IMG/VR virus record: IMGVR_UViG_3300042566_000678
Coordinates: 84,236-148,235 of that record
Reading direction: 5' to 3' (one strand)
DNA: 64,000 nucleotides
Origin: a virus
Below are positions 9,534 to 19,209 of this stretch, piece after piece. The translations under genes were made by a program, and so were the position numbers. Under the pieces are notes generated by a model, which worked only from the letters and a program-made list of their open reading frames with translations, had not been told where the DNA came from and made no database searches. Within the stretch, counting starts at the first letter, position 1. Every line of letters starts with the position of its first letter.

Positions 9534-10099
9534 TATAGTATTTCATCAATTACACCCAAATCCAACGCTTCGTCTGCTGGGATGTACCAATCAATCTTTT
9601 CTTTATATACTTCCTTCAATCTTGTCTTCTTAATGCCAGTTCTACGGACTGTGAAATCTTCAATCCATTTCTGTAATCGTTTCATCTCAATCACATCATC
9701 ATCAATATCCTTCAATGTACCAGCCGATACGGATGAAACTTGGTGATACAATAGAGTTGATGTTGGGTATGCAAATCGTTTATGACCTCCCAATGTAATT
9801 AAGAATCCACAACTCATAGCAACACCTGTAACAATCGTATGTATCGGTGTCGTTGAACGTTCCATCACACCTAACAAACCCATACATTGATACACTTGTC
9901 CACCATAACTATCTATATATATCTTAATTGGTTGAGGTTCGTATGTTAAACCATGTATAGAATACAATTTTTTTAAGTATTCATCATCCTCAACTATATC
10001 TACAATTGACTTTGTTAATTCCAATATCGTAGATTGCTCTACCTGTTTGGCAAAGTGTAGTGTTCTATTTTTAGGTAGTAATAATCCTCCTGCGCTCAT
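9533..10099 (-). CDS. clpP: ClpP-family serine protease
   Basis: IYIDSYGG, GVAMSCG (catalytic Ser), YHQ (His), DWYIPADEALDLGVIDEI. Confidence 0.85.
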   Translation of the reverse strand: MSAGGLLLPKNRTLHFAKQVEQSTILELTKSIVDIVEDDEYLKKLYSIHGLTYEPQPIKIYIDSYGGQVYQCMGLLGVMERSTTPIHTIVTGVAMSCGFLITLGGHKRFAYPTSTLLYHQVSSVSAGTLKDIDDDVIEMKRLQKWIEDFTVRRTGIKKTRLKEVYKEKIDWYIPADEALDLGVIDEIL

Positions 10100-10102
10100 A
10101 TA

Positions 10103-10405
10103 TTAATCGTCTAAACTTTCTAAATGGTTAAATTCTGCAATGGCTTCACCTAATTCATCATCACTCCACTCACTCAAAGAATCTTTTAAATCAGTATTTT
10201 CAGTTTCGTAAATAGATTCTGCCATTTCTTTAATACCATAATTCCAAGTAGATTCATCGTACCCCAAACCTACCGTAATTCCTTTAAAAATATCCAATAA
10301 CTCGTGTATATCTGTATCTGAATTAGCTAGTTCAATACTAACCTTTCTACCCCATTGTTCTCCTGTAATCTTTGTAGGTTGTGCACCTTTACTTATATAT
10401 GTCAT
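10103..10405 (-). CDS. Hypothetical protein
   Basis: ORF track; start re-called to MTYISK. Confidence 0.6.
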   Translation of the reverse strand: MTYISKGAQPTKITGEQWGRKVSIELANSDTDIHELLDIFKGITVGLGYDESTWNYGIKEMAESIYETENTDLKDSLSEWSDDELGEAIAEFNHLESLDD

Positions 10406-10507
10406 ATCTATTTTTTGTTTATTACATAGTTGCACACTTCAATACCAAAAAGCACAAAGCGAAACCAACTATGAAAAGTATTAGGGGTGTTTTAATTTCC
10501 TTCATAT

Positions 10508-10930
10508 CTATTTTGATTCAAAATCTAATTCTAATTGATTACTTCCCGTCGTTGGTTGTTGTGGTAATGTAGTTGTATAACTCCATGCAGAACCACTTGG
10601 ATTCCACATCGTTGTTGTAGATGGATTATATGTAATAGAACCATATCCAGGCGTAGCTATAATAGTTCCACTACTACCGGTTGTTACTGTTAGCGTTGTG
10701 TCAGTTCCACAAGTTACCTTATATGGATTGTATGGGTCATATGGTTGGATAAATGGTAATGTTTGTATTGGTGCAGTATTTGGAACTCCAAATGGAAAAG
10801 ATGGTGTTGATTCATCCTTAACCTCACCTAACTTATCTTTTAGGGTATCCCACTGCTTTGGTGTGGGTGAATAATCATTGCAGGCTTCTACAAAACCTTG
10901 CATCCAAACTACAAATTCTTTTGATGTCAT
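10508..10930 (-). CDS. Hypothetical protein with T/P-rich C-terminus
   Basis: MTSKEFVVWMQGF..PTPKQWDTLKDKL. Confidence 0.7.
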   Translation of the reverse strand: MTSKEFVVWMQGFVEACNDYSPTPKQWDTLKDKLGEVKDESTPSFPFGVPNTAPIQTLPFIQPYDPYNPYKVTCGTDTTLTVTTGSSGTIIATPGYGSITYNPSTTTMWNPSGSAWSYTTTLPQQPTTGSNQLELDFESK

Positions 10931-10934
10931 AATC

Positions 10935-11138
10935 TTATTTATCTAAATATTCTTTTACTTTACTCCAATACATATAACCCCTATCAGCTCCCATATCACT
11001 CAATACCTCATCACATACCTTTTTGGCAAATAGAATCGCAGTAGGACGATATAACCTACTATAATCACTCATCTTCGGTGGTTCTGTGTTCATAAAGAAC
11101 TCAATCAATTGTTCCCCTTTTTCTTCTGGTGTTATCAT
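10935..11138 (-). CDS. Hypothetical protein
   Basis: TPEEKGEQL...YWSKVKEYL small phage protein. Confidence 0.65.
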   Translation of the reverse strand: MITPEEKGEQLIEFFMNTEPPKMSDYSRLYRPTAILFAKKVCDEVLSDMGADRGYMYWSKVKEYLDK

Positions 11139-11139
11139 C

Positions 11140-11313
11140 TTATTTATCTTCTACCCAAATGTGCATATCACTTTGAATTGGATTGCCGGTATAGTCGGGG
11201 TTCAAAACGGATTTCCATTTCTGCCCGCATCTTCTACATTTCATTTTAGATGGCATCCACCCAAAGTTCGTTTCGTAACGATGTCCTAAAATCTTACATA
11301 ACAATTTTTTCAT
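11140..11313 (-). CDS. DUF1660-like small Zn-binding protein
   Basis: LLCKILGH...CRRCG. Confidence 0.6.
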   Translation of the reverse strand: MKKLLCKILGHRYETNFGWMPSKMKCRRCGQKWKSVLNPDYTGNPIQSDMHIWVEDK

Positions 11314-11314
11314 T

Positions 11315-11899
11315 TCAAAGATTATCAAATATGAATTTAGCAAACTTTCTATGTCCACTTGAAATTAAATGTATCCCATCGGACGAGTCACCACGAAAAA
11401 TACTATCTTCCATAGGAATTACAACACATTCTTTTAAATCCGTTTGTATTCTCTTTTGTAATGAAATGTATCTATTACGGCATTTAGTTTCAACTTCAGC
11501 TGAATAGATTGTGGTTTGTATCACTCTTTGTGGATTATACCCAACAATTACAATTGGTACTGCTCCCATCTTTTTTGCGATGTAAACCATACTTTGAATG
11601 TTTTTGATGGTTTCATCCTCTTTAACACTACTAAATGAGTCGTTGATACCACCATAAATTATTACAGTATCGTATTCATACGAACCCAATGGATATTTTT
11701 CCATTTGATTTAACATCCATTTAGTTCGTTTACCAGCCTTTGAGATGTTATCATATTTAGCGTGTCTTAACCTTGAAAGTTGATGCTGCCATCCACCTCT
11801 ATAAGCCGTTAGAGAATCACCAACGAAAAGAATTTTTTCTTCTTCTTCCGTAAATCCCATCAAAAACCAACACAATAATGTTATAAGTCCTATTCTCAT
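11315..11899 (-). CDS. SGNH/GDSL hydrolase, secreted
   Basis: Signal peptide; FVGDSLT, GGINDS, DGIHL. Confidence 0.9.
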   Translation of the reverse strand: MRIGLITLLCWFLMGFTEEEEKILFVGDSLTAYRGGWQHQLSRLRHAKYDNISKAGKRTKWMLNQMEKYPLGSYEYDTVIIYGGINDSFSSVKEDETIKNIQSMVYIAKKMGAVPIVIVGYNPQRVIQTTIYSAEVETKCRNRYISLQKRIQTDLKECVVIPMEDSIFRGDSSDGIHLISSGHRKFAKFIFDNL

Positions 11900-11992
11900 T
11901 TTAAATATTTTCTAATTCCATACCCAACGATACTGCCGGTATAGTTGTCGTAGATTGTACACAATTCCATTCGGAATAAAAATCGTAGGATT

Positions 11993-12148
11993 TTATTTGT
12001 GAACTTCATTTTTGGTTTTAAGTTGTTTGATTTGGTCTTTTAAGGATTTAATCTCGCTCTTTAATTGGAATGTTCCAATCATTTGAATAGAAATACACAC
12101 CAATAGACCTATTAGTACCCATACCAATGTATTATCTCTCTTATTCAT
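11993..12148 (-). CDS. 51-aa membrane-anchored coiled-coil protein (not in ORF track)
   Basis: MNKRDNTLVWVLIGLLVCISIQMIG...; directly downstream of the promoter at 12168-12199. Confidence 0.6.
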   Translation of the reverse strand: MNKRDNTLVWVLIGLLVCISIQMIGTFQLKSEIKSLKDQIKQLKTKNEVHK

Positions 12149-12306
12149 AACTTTTTATTTATTTGAACAAAGATACGAAATTATCCGATTAAATCCAAAT
12201 AATATCTATATTTTTTTATAGGATGGGGGAAACCGAAGATTGGGGGGAAGGCGCACTATCAAAAATTTTTAGGTTCGACACCTTTTCTCCCCCCGCCCCC
12301 TCCGCG

Positions 12307-12960
12307 CTACTTAAAGGTGTAACCCGTTAGTTTTTGTATAACTGAAATATCTACTTGATTGTTTAGGAAACCATCTGGATTAGATAAATCATTATTAAAT
12401 AGATATGCTAACCATTTGTTTGCCGATGGGATGTGAATTACCTTCCAACATTGTGTAGGAACTGATACTAAACCAATCTTCTTTGCTTCTCCTACCGAAC
12501 CACTCCACACTCTTACTCTATCATTTATTAATGCCCAATCTCTTGTTGCAGTTTCTAATGATTTCCAATCTCCTGCATTCAATCTATGAGTTTGTGCTAC
12601 CATATTTGAAAAGTAGAAACACTCATCTTGTACCGCTTGAGTTTGACAAAGATTATCAGCTGCTGGCATTACGTGCCCTCTATCGTATCCACTCTTTACA
12701 TAGTAGAATGCAATATTAGTTTCATCCACCAATTGTGGGTCTGGCTTAAAGTTATCCTTTCTTTTTAGTGGAGTTGGGCAACCCACCATTGCTTTGGTTG
12801 TTTCCCATTGTACTAATACAGGGTATCTTTTTGATTTACTGAATGTAGTTGTGTAATTTTGGTGTTTGATTGTTACTAAATCTTGTGCTACTAATCCACT
12901 AGCTACTAAAAGTACTACCGCTAATGTATTCAACCAATTCTTCCATGTTTGTTTGTTCAT
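12307..12960 (-). CDS. DNA/RNA non-specific endonuclease (NucA/EndoG family), secreted
   Basis: Signal peptide; GYDRGHVMPAAD, NMVAQ...LNAGDWKSLE. Confidence 0.9.
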   Translation of the reverse strand: MNKQTWKNWLNTLAVVLLVASGLVAQDLVTIKHQNYTTTFSKSKRYPVLVQWETTKAMVGCPTPLKRKDNFKPDPQLVDETNIAFYYVKSGYDRGHVMPAADNLCQTQAVQDECFYFSNMVAQTHRLNAGDWKSLETATRDWALINDRVRVWSGSVGEAKKIGLVSVPTQCWKVIHIPSANKWLAYLFNNDLSNPDGFLNNQVDISVIQKLTGYTFK

Positions 12961-13306
12961 CGTATTCATCTTCATTAAAATATTCGTTTAAGTATTGTTT
13001 TCCTGATTGTGTTAAATAAATAATTTCTTCCCCTGGCTTTGTATCATCTTCCTTATACATCCCCATAAACCCTTTTTCTGTTAGTTCATATACTACCATC
13101 CTTGATACTATATATGATTGTAGATACTTTATCTCATTTCCATCTTCCAATGAAATCTCTTCTCCTTTGAGGAACTTTTGGAAAAAGTAATGATTGATAA
13201 ACTCATTTGTATCTTTAAGGATTTCTCCTTCTAATTTCATACCAAATAGTCTCTTTACTACCATTAGGTATTTATCTGTTGCTTCTTGTACTGATTGTGG
13301 GTACAT
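12899..13306 (-). CDS. Hypothetical protein, possible winged helix
   Basis: LTEKGF...YLTQSGK. Confidence 0.6.
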   Translation of the reverse strand: MYPQSVQEATDKYLMVVKRLFGMKLEGEILKDTNEFINHYFFQKFLKGEEISLEDGNEIKYLQSYIVSRMVVYELTEKGFMGMYKEDDTKPGEEIIYLTQSGKQYLNEYFNEDEYDEQTNMEELVEYISGSTFSS

Positions 13307-13311
13307 ATTTG

Positions 13312-13548
13312 TTATTTGTGAAAGTGAATCATAATACCAGCATCTCCTGCTGATATTATATGTGTTCCACTTTTGTTTGATACTACATATCCGTATTTAA
13401 TAAACCGATATATTATTACATCTTTATTTTCGAATGTTGCGTGTATTGCGTTTGTTGCAAAATCTAAATGTGGGTGTACGATGTGCCCCATTTTCCAACT
13501 ATCTCTAAACTCTTCTTCTAATTCGTTTGGCGAAATAAGGATTATCAT
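13312..13548 (-). CDS. Hypothetical protein
   Basis: ORF track. Confidence 0.65.
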   Translation of the reverse strand: MIILISPNELEEEFRDSWKMGHIVHPHLDFATNAIHATFENKDVIIYRFIKYGYVVSNKSGTHIISAGDAGIMIHFHK

Positions 13549-13880
13549 TTAATTAAGTTTCGTAGTACAATTGTTAAAGATATAAATATCCAAATTGTAT
13601 TAAATGTTATTAGTGTTGGTAATGATTTCCTCATACTTGCCCATATCAATGCCGATGATGTTGCCAATGTTAGAAAATGCAATTGCCATATCTCTATACC
13701 ATATAATAATCCTGGTAATATTACCACTGCCTTTGCCATCCAAGCCATAAACTCTATGGTGTTGTAATCTGTCCAATAGGATTTCTTACTAAACATTTTA
13801 AGTGTGTTCCAAACCTTTTGGTAGCCAATTAGACCATACCAAATTCCAATAAATGTAATAAAAATAAGTGTGTTTATCAT
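13545..13880 (-). CDS. Multi-pass membrane protein
   Basis: Several hydrophobic helices. Confidence 0.7.
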   Translation of the reverse strand: MINTLIFITFIGIWYGLIGYQKVWNTLKMFSKKSYWTDYNTIEFMAWMAKAVVILPGLLYGIEIWQLHFLTLATSSALIWASMRKSLPTLITFNTIWIFISLTIVLRNLIK

Positions 13881-14392
13881 TTAGTTTCTTTTTTAATCCA
13901 ATGTAAAAACATCATAAAAATATATTCATCTTCACCACATACTAACTCATCTCTCCAATGCTCCAATTCATGCGAGTTGTAAATCAACAAACCATCACCC
14001 AACTTAATATCTTTACAAGTTACAGATTCATCATAATCTTTTGAACAAATAGGCCATTCTATATTTGATGGATTTTCTATACAAATTGATAATGTTACAC
14101 CAATATCTTCTCTATCTATATGTTTAGGGAGTCTTGAACCATTTACATATTCTCTACAATATGTATTTACAGTTTCTACTTCAAAACCAACTAATTCTTC
14201 TATCTTTTCTTTTAAAGTGTGTAACCAAATGTAACATTCAGGAATATCACTTGTCCATACGCCAGTTGCGCCAGGTGCCGAAGCTGGACTATACTCAACC
14301 ATATCTGGTCTGTTACACATTAAATCCATAGTTCTTTGTGTTATTTTTTCACAATCTTCTATTGGGATTACATTTTCTAAATAATGTATCAT
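13877..14392 (-). CDS. 2OG-Fe(II) oxygenase-like protein
   Basis: LPKHIDR, GDGLLIY..ELEHWR, FLHW. Confidence 0.75.
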   Translation of the reverse strand: MIHYLENVIPIEDCEKITQRTMDLMCNRPDMVEYSPASAPGATGVWTSDIPECYIWLHTLKEKIEELVGFEVETVNTYCREYVNGSRLPKHIDREDIGVTLSICIENPSNIEWPICSKDYDESVTCKDIKLGDGLLIYNSHELEHWRDELVCGEDEYIFMMFLHWIKKETK

Positions 14393-14395
14393 AGT

Positions 14396-15559
14396 TTAAT
14401 TACTTAAAGGTGCTTTAATCTTTGGATGTGATTGGTAATCATTCAATTCAAAACAATCAGGTCTGTACGATAGTATCTTATCATTAAATGATTTTGGACC
14501 TAAATGTTCTTTTACTTTCTCATGCTGATACCAATTTCTTTCTGTTATTGTAATAGTTGGTAAATCATATGGTTCTCTACTGATTTGCTCTTTAGCCTGT
14601 TCAATATGATTTTTGTATAAATGTACATCGCCCAAATTACCAATCAAATCTTCAGGTATCATATTAACTTCTTTTGCAATAATCTCTAATAGTAATGCGT
14701 AAGATGCTATGTTAAATGGTAATCCTAAAAATGTATCTACACTTCGTTGATTCCACATTAAAGAGATTGCTCGTGTTGGGATGTTCAATTCATCTAACAC
14801 ATCAAATGTTATCCTTTTATCTGGAGTCCAGTCAAATTTTCTTTCATTTTTTAAAATAAAAATTTCAAATCTTTGGTCATAACTCAACTCTCTCGTATAA
14901 ACTTGGAATCCATAATGGCAAGGTGGTAAAACCATTTGGTCTAACTCTGCTACATTCCAAGCATTTACCATCAATCTTCTACTATCTGGATTTGTTTTTA
15001 GAGAATGAACTAATTGTAGAATCTGGTCATACCATAATGAACCTTTCTCATTACCTCTCATATCTACCCAACCTTGCCATTGTCTCCACTGCTTACCATA
15101 GATTGGTCCTAAATCACCCCACTTTTTGGCAAAATCTTTATCATTTTTTATTTTACTAATAAATTCTTCTTTTGTTAAGGGAATTAATTCATCGGTATTA
15201 CTAAACATCGCTTCAATATGTGGTTGTATTCCCATAATGTCACCACATCTATAACCGTCAATAATATCTTCAACCGCATTAGTATAGTTTTTAAACGCAT
15301 CACCATCCCAAATGTGGCAATCGTAATCCAATAGGAATTTGATGTTAGTATCACCACGTAGAAACCATAGGAGTTCTGTAACAATTGTCTTCCAAGCCAT
15401 CTTCTTTGTAGTAAGTAAAGGGAATCCTTGTGACATCTTATGACGGATTTGTCTACCGAATACAGATATAGTACCCGTACCGGTTCTATCTTGCTTTTCA
15501 ACTCCGTTGTCTAAAATATCTTCTAATAAGTCTTGGTATTTACTATCTATTGTGTTCAT
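14396..15559 (-). CDS. thyA: Thymidylate synthase with two in-frame insertions
   Basis: DRTGTGT, ELLWFLRG, LPPCH, QRSVDTFLGLPFNIASY, GDVHLY. Confidence 0.97.
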   Translation of the reverse strand: MNTIDSKYQDLLEDILDNGVEKQDRTGTGTISVFGRQIRHKMSQGFPLLTTKKMAWKTIVTELLWFLRGDTNIKFLLDYDCHIWDGDAFKNYTNAVEDIIDGYRCGDIMGIQPHIEAMFSNTDELIPLTKEEFISKIKNDKDFAKKWGDLGPIYGKQWRQWQGWVDMRGNEKGSLWYDQILQLVHSLKTNPDSRRLMVNAWNVAELDQMVLPPCHYGFQVYTRELSYDQRFEIFILKNERKFDWTPDKRITFDVLDELNIPTRAISLMWNQRSVDTFLGLPFNIASYALLLEIIAKEVNMIPEDLIGNLGDVHLYKNHIEQAKEQISREPYDLPTITITERNWYQHEKVKEHLGPKSFNDKILSYRPDCFELNDYQSHPKIKAPLSN

Positions 15560-16167
15560 TATTTAATATATACAAAATTGGTTATACAATATCTACCATA
15601 TCCACTATATGGTTCTACCTCTTCAATCATTTTAATTGGTGTTACTTCGTGCAATCTCCAAGATGGAAATACAACCAATCTATTGTTTTTATATGTTATA
15701 CCCGCATCTAATTCTGGCAATATCAAATCGCCACCTTCAAACTTTTTAGGTTCTTTATGACACCAATACAGATAAGTCAATACTGCCGAATCGCTGTGTG
15801 CTTTGTAGTAATCTTTTTCTTCATAATAACTTATCAATGTTGAATCACTATTAGTATATCCGATATATCTAAAACAATTATCCATACCTTCAAAGTTAGA
15901 TATAACCTCCAATGAAAATAACTTTCTATTTAAGGTTAGTATATTAGAAAAATCACGTCTTGCATATAACCCATCTAAAAATAAAGCAGAGTTTTTCTTT
16001 AATGCTTTTCCCGTATCCAAATCATGTGCAGTACCCGTTTCTTCGGGTGGCATTAATTTTTTATCATACGTTAAAAAATCCAATTCTTTCCAAATTTCTA
16101 TTTGCTCTTCATCGGTAAAAAAATCATCTATAACCAAAAAATCTTTGGAATCACTTGCTACTTTCAT
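15559..16167 (-). CDS. 2OG-Fe(II) oxygenase
   Basis: YKAHSD, FEGGDL, FPSWRLHEV; paralog of the next gene. Confidence 0.88.
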   Translation of the reverse strand: MKVASDSKDFLVIDDFFTDEEQIEIWKELDFLTYDKKLMPPEETGTAHDLDTGKALKKNSALFLDGLYARRDFSNILTLNRKLFSLEVISNFEGMDNCFRYIGYTNSDSTLISYYEEKDYYKAHSDSAVLTYLYWCHKEPKKFEGGDLILPELDAGITYKNNRLVVFPSWRLHEVTPIKMIEEVEPYSGYGRYCITNFVYIK

Positions 16168-16168
16168 A

Positions 16169-16780
16169 TTATTTTCCTATTGACGGATATACAAATAAAA
16201 ATTTTGAGATAGAGTATCTACCTTTACCTTGCCCAATTTCTTCCATAGATACTGGCGAAACTGAATGTACATTGTGTGATGGGAATATAACCAATCTATT
16301 GTTTTTCATACTAATAACCTCACCAATTTGATGTAGAGTTAAATCCCCACCTTCAAATGCTTTTGGTTCTTTATAACACCAATATAAGCAAGTTAGGATT
16401 GCTGCATCGGTATGTGGTTTGTAGTGGTCATCATTCTCATAATAATTCAATAGAGTTCTATCAAAGTTTACATAAAATGCATACTTAAACTCTGGACTCA
16501 TTGTTGGGAACTTTTCATATACCTCCGTACAAATATACTTATCGTACATATTCAGTATAGATGAATCTTCACGTTTCTCATAGTAATCATCTAAAAATAT
16601 ACCAGAGTTCTGTTTGATTATATTACCATCCTCACCCTTTGCTCCAGCAGTAATGCTTGGTGGTTGTAATGCATCCTTACTTTGTAATGTATCCAACTCT
16701 CTCCAAAGAGATATTAGTTCACTCTCATTAAAGAAATCATCTACAATTAAGTATTGTTTAGAATTACTTGATACTTGCAT
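16169..16780 (-). CDS. 2OG-Fe(II) oxygenase
   Basis: YKPHTD, FEGGDL, FPSHNVHSV. Confidence 0.88.
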   Translation of the reverse strand: MQVSSNSKQYLIVDDFFNESELISLWRELDTLQSKDALQPPSITAGAKGEDGNIIKQNSGIFLDDYYEKREDSSILNMYDKYICTEVYEKFPTMSPEFKYAFYVNFDRTLLNYYENDDHYKPHTDAAILTCLYWCYKEPKAFEGGDLTLHQIGEVISMKNNRLVIFPSHNVHSVSPVSMEEIGQGKGRYSISKFLFVYPSIGK

Positions 16781-17135
16781 ATCCTGCTTTTTGTTTTATT
16801 TTACGATTTTCCTCAAAGTAATCTTCGTTTAATTGTTCACTATATGCATCGCTGAACATAGCATATCTAATAAACTCTTTACGATTGTGTTTATCTAAAC
16901 CACCTATCCCAAACTCGTATTTAGCAATTAGGTTTTTTAGGTTTTCAACCTCTTCGTTTCTAACTTTATTCTCCATCTCTTGCTCTCCTTGCAAATCATA
17001 GATTACGGCTTGTAGAGAATCTGCTTTACATTCTGTTTGTGATACTATCGGTGCAGTATCATTACGATGGATTACTACGAATACGATAATTTGTGCTAAC
17101 ACAACACCAAAGATAAATGCGATTAAATATTTCAT
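16764..17135 (-). CDS. Membrane-anchored coiled-coil protein
   Basis: N-terminal TM helix. Confidence 0.65.
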   Translation of the reverse strand: MKYLIAFIFGVVLAQIIVFVVIHRNDTAPIVSQTECKADSLQAVIYDLQGEQEMENKVRNEEVENLKNLIAKYEFGIGGLDKHNRKEFIRYAMFSDAYSEQLNEDYFEENRKIKQKAGYASIK

Positions 17136-17192
17136 AACTTTTAGATTTTAAATGTTTTACAAATATACTACTTTTTGTAGATTTTACCAAAT

Positions 17193-17215
17193 AAAAAAGG
17201 GGAAATCTTCCCCTT
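17193..17215 (-). terminator. Intrinsic terminator
   Basis: AAGGGGAAGATTTCCCC followed by a T run at the HAD gene stop. Confidence 0.65.
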
Positions 17216-17744
17216 AAAATGTTTCTTTTGCTTGTTGTACGTTTATTCGTATGTTTGGGTACTTCTTTTGCAGTTTCTTTACTGCTTCCACATTCTTTCT
17301 GGAATCATCTAAAAAAAATATATCATCGTACCCTTTTTGGATTTGTGTTTCAATCCAATCTGCTTTCTTTTGTGGGTCATTCGATGCAAGTGTTACAATA
17401 TAAACATCACCCATACCAATATCTTTTAGGTATTTCTTTACAGGCTCATATGCTGCTCTCGCAGTAAGGATAGTTACTCTGGCAATTCCCTCATCGTTTA
17501 TAATCTTTTTAAGATACTTTGTGAACGGACGGATTTGCTTTGGTTTGTTTACCTTTTCAAAATCATTAAAATTGAATGTATCACCCGGTCTTTCATCATA
17601 TACTGCGTACTCACCTGGAGTTAGTTTAGATTTAGAACCATCTTTATGTGTGATGTATATAAATGATTTGGTTTTGACAAGTGTGTCATCAAAATCTAAA
17701 ACTCGTAATCTTTTCTCTACCAATAAATCTTTTAACTTTATCAT
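17214..17744 (-). CDS. HAD-family phosphatase-like protein
   Basis: LDFDDTL, LTAR, K, FLDDS motifs. Confidence 0.85.
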   Translation of the reverse strand: MIKLKDLLVEKRLRVLDFDDTLVKTKSFIYITHKDGSKSKLTPGEYAVYDERPGDTFNFNDFEKVNKPKQIRPFTKYLKKIINDEGIARVTILTARAAYEPVKKYLKDIGMGDVYIVTLASNDPQKKADWIETQIQKGYDDIFFLDDSRKNVEAVKKLQKKYPNIRINVQQAKETF

Positions 17745-17803
17745 ACTATATATTTTCGTACTTACAAAGATAACTATATTATTTGATATTTCCTAGTCTT
17801 TTC

Positions 17804-18574
17804 TTAATATTTTTCTACTTTTTTGTAATCAATTATTTCGGTAGGTTTCATAATAATCTCATTCCAAAGTGCGGTTTTGTTTTTCTTACACTCATCCCAA
17901 TTCCTACATAAATTGTTTTCATTATCTGGATAAGAGAAACGGAATAGATTTGCTGCTCTATCACCATTATCTACCACCAAAGATTTAACGTCTGATTGGA
18001 ATGCTGCTACTAAATTACCTTTAACCTTTACTAATATATTACTCTCCGGTCTGAAGAATGATTTAGCTTGTGTAGTAAATGTGGAAATAGAAAATTGAGC
18101 TTTATTATCTATACTATCTTGTAAGTTAGCCAATCCTTCCTCACTTGTCCAATGTAATGTTACAACTTCAACTGGCTTCTCACCATATGTATCGTTTGTA
18201 AATCGTTTATCTAATAGTATATATGGTTCTATTGCACCTCTACTGTAAAAGAATGAAAACTTATCATTTTGTATATCAACAATATATTCAGCAAACTCAT
18301 CAGCTAAACCCCACACTCTATGGTTTATAAAATCTTCTATAAAATCTAATACATTTTTTTGTGTTAAATCTTCAAACCTTTGTGTTTCTACATATAGTTG
18401 AAATCCAAACCATTTGTTTACTAATGCAATTAGTTCTGGACTATTATCAATCATACCACCACGAGTATCAAACCCCTTCTTTTGTAAAGATAAAAACTCG
18501 TTGGCAACGGCTTCCCACTCTGCTATGGTAGCGAAACTTTTATATGGGTGATAATATCCTCTTACTTCTGTCAT
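17804..18574 (-). CDS. Hypothetical protein
   Basis: 256-aa ORF. Confidence 0.75.
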   Translation of the reverse strand: MTEVRGYYHPYKSFATIAEWEAVANEFLSLQKKGFDTRGGMIDNSPELIALVNKWFGFQLYVETQRFEDLTQKNVLDFIEDFINHRVWGLADEFAEYIVDIQNDKFSFFYSRGAIEPYILLDKRFTNDTYGEKPVEVVTLHWTSEEGLANLQDSIDNKAQFSISTFTTQAKSFFRPESNILVKVKGNLVAAFQSDVKSLVVDNGDRAANLFRFSYPDNENNLCRNWDECKKNKTALWNEIIMKPTEIIDYKKVEKY

Positions 18575-18577
18575 TAT

Positions 18578-19207
18578 TTACTTTTCGTCTTGTAGGAAAT
18601 TTGAAATATACCCCGCTAATCTATTTGATTCTGCTGATAAATATGATAATTGTTCTTGCTTCAATTGTTTTGGTTTCTTTACCCAATCTACACCCAACGT
18701 TCCCATAAACTCATTTGTTCCTAAATTAAACAAACCAAATACATACGATGCTCTAGTACCAACTGCTTCTGCTCCACCTTTTAATCCAAATGTTGCTATT
18801 GTCTCATCGTTAAAATCTGCTATGAATATACTACCATTTTTTAATAATTCATCAAATGCTCTAGAGTATAATGAAGATGGGATGTTTCTAAATGTATGTG
18901 CTATTGGTGATACCCCGCTTGCATTTACTTCATGGAACACAGAAAACTTTTGTATTGATTTTGGTGAATGTAAAAACTTACCACCATTGTGAAATTGAGA
19001 AATCCAAACTCTATCTGCACTCAATGTATCTAATATAGTTTCCAATTCTTTGTTTATAACACAACTCTTTGCAAGTTCTTCCTTTACGGGGTCTGTTATT
19101 GGTTGGGGTTTTGAAAACTTAACTTTTGCCCATTCTACAACAGTAGGACCTAATGTAGATACTATAAATGCAACTGCAATACTAGCAAATATTTCTAAAT
19201 TATTCAT
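18578..19207 (-). CDS. N-terminal TM plus GAF-like domain (possible T4 gpT-like holin)
   Basis: TM helix; ADRVWISQFHNGG, GTLGVDW. Confidence 0.55.
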   Translation of the reverse strand: MNNLEIFASIAVAFIVSTLGPTVVEWAKVKFSKPQPITDPVKEELAKSCVINKELETILDTLSADRVWISQFHNGGKFLHSPKSIQKFSVFHEVNASGVSPIAHTFRNIPSSLYSRAFDELLKNGSIFIADFNDETIATFGLKGGAEAVGTRASYVFGLFNLGTNEFMGTLGVDWVKKPKQLKQEQLSYLSAESNRLAGYISNFLQDEK

Positions 19208-19209
19208 TA

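Noticed and set aside
14396-15559. Intron or intein in thyA (and in PolB)
   Set aside because: Both ORFs are continuous; the thyA insertions are short and lack intein motifs.
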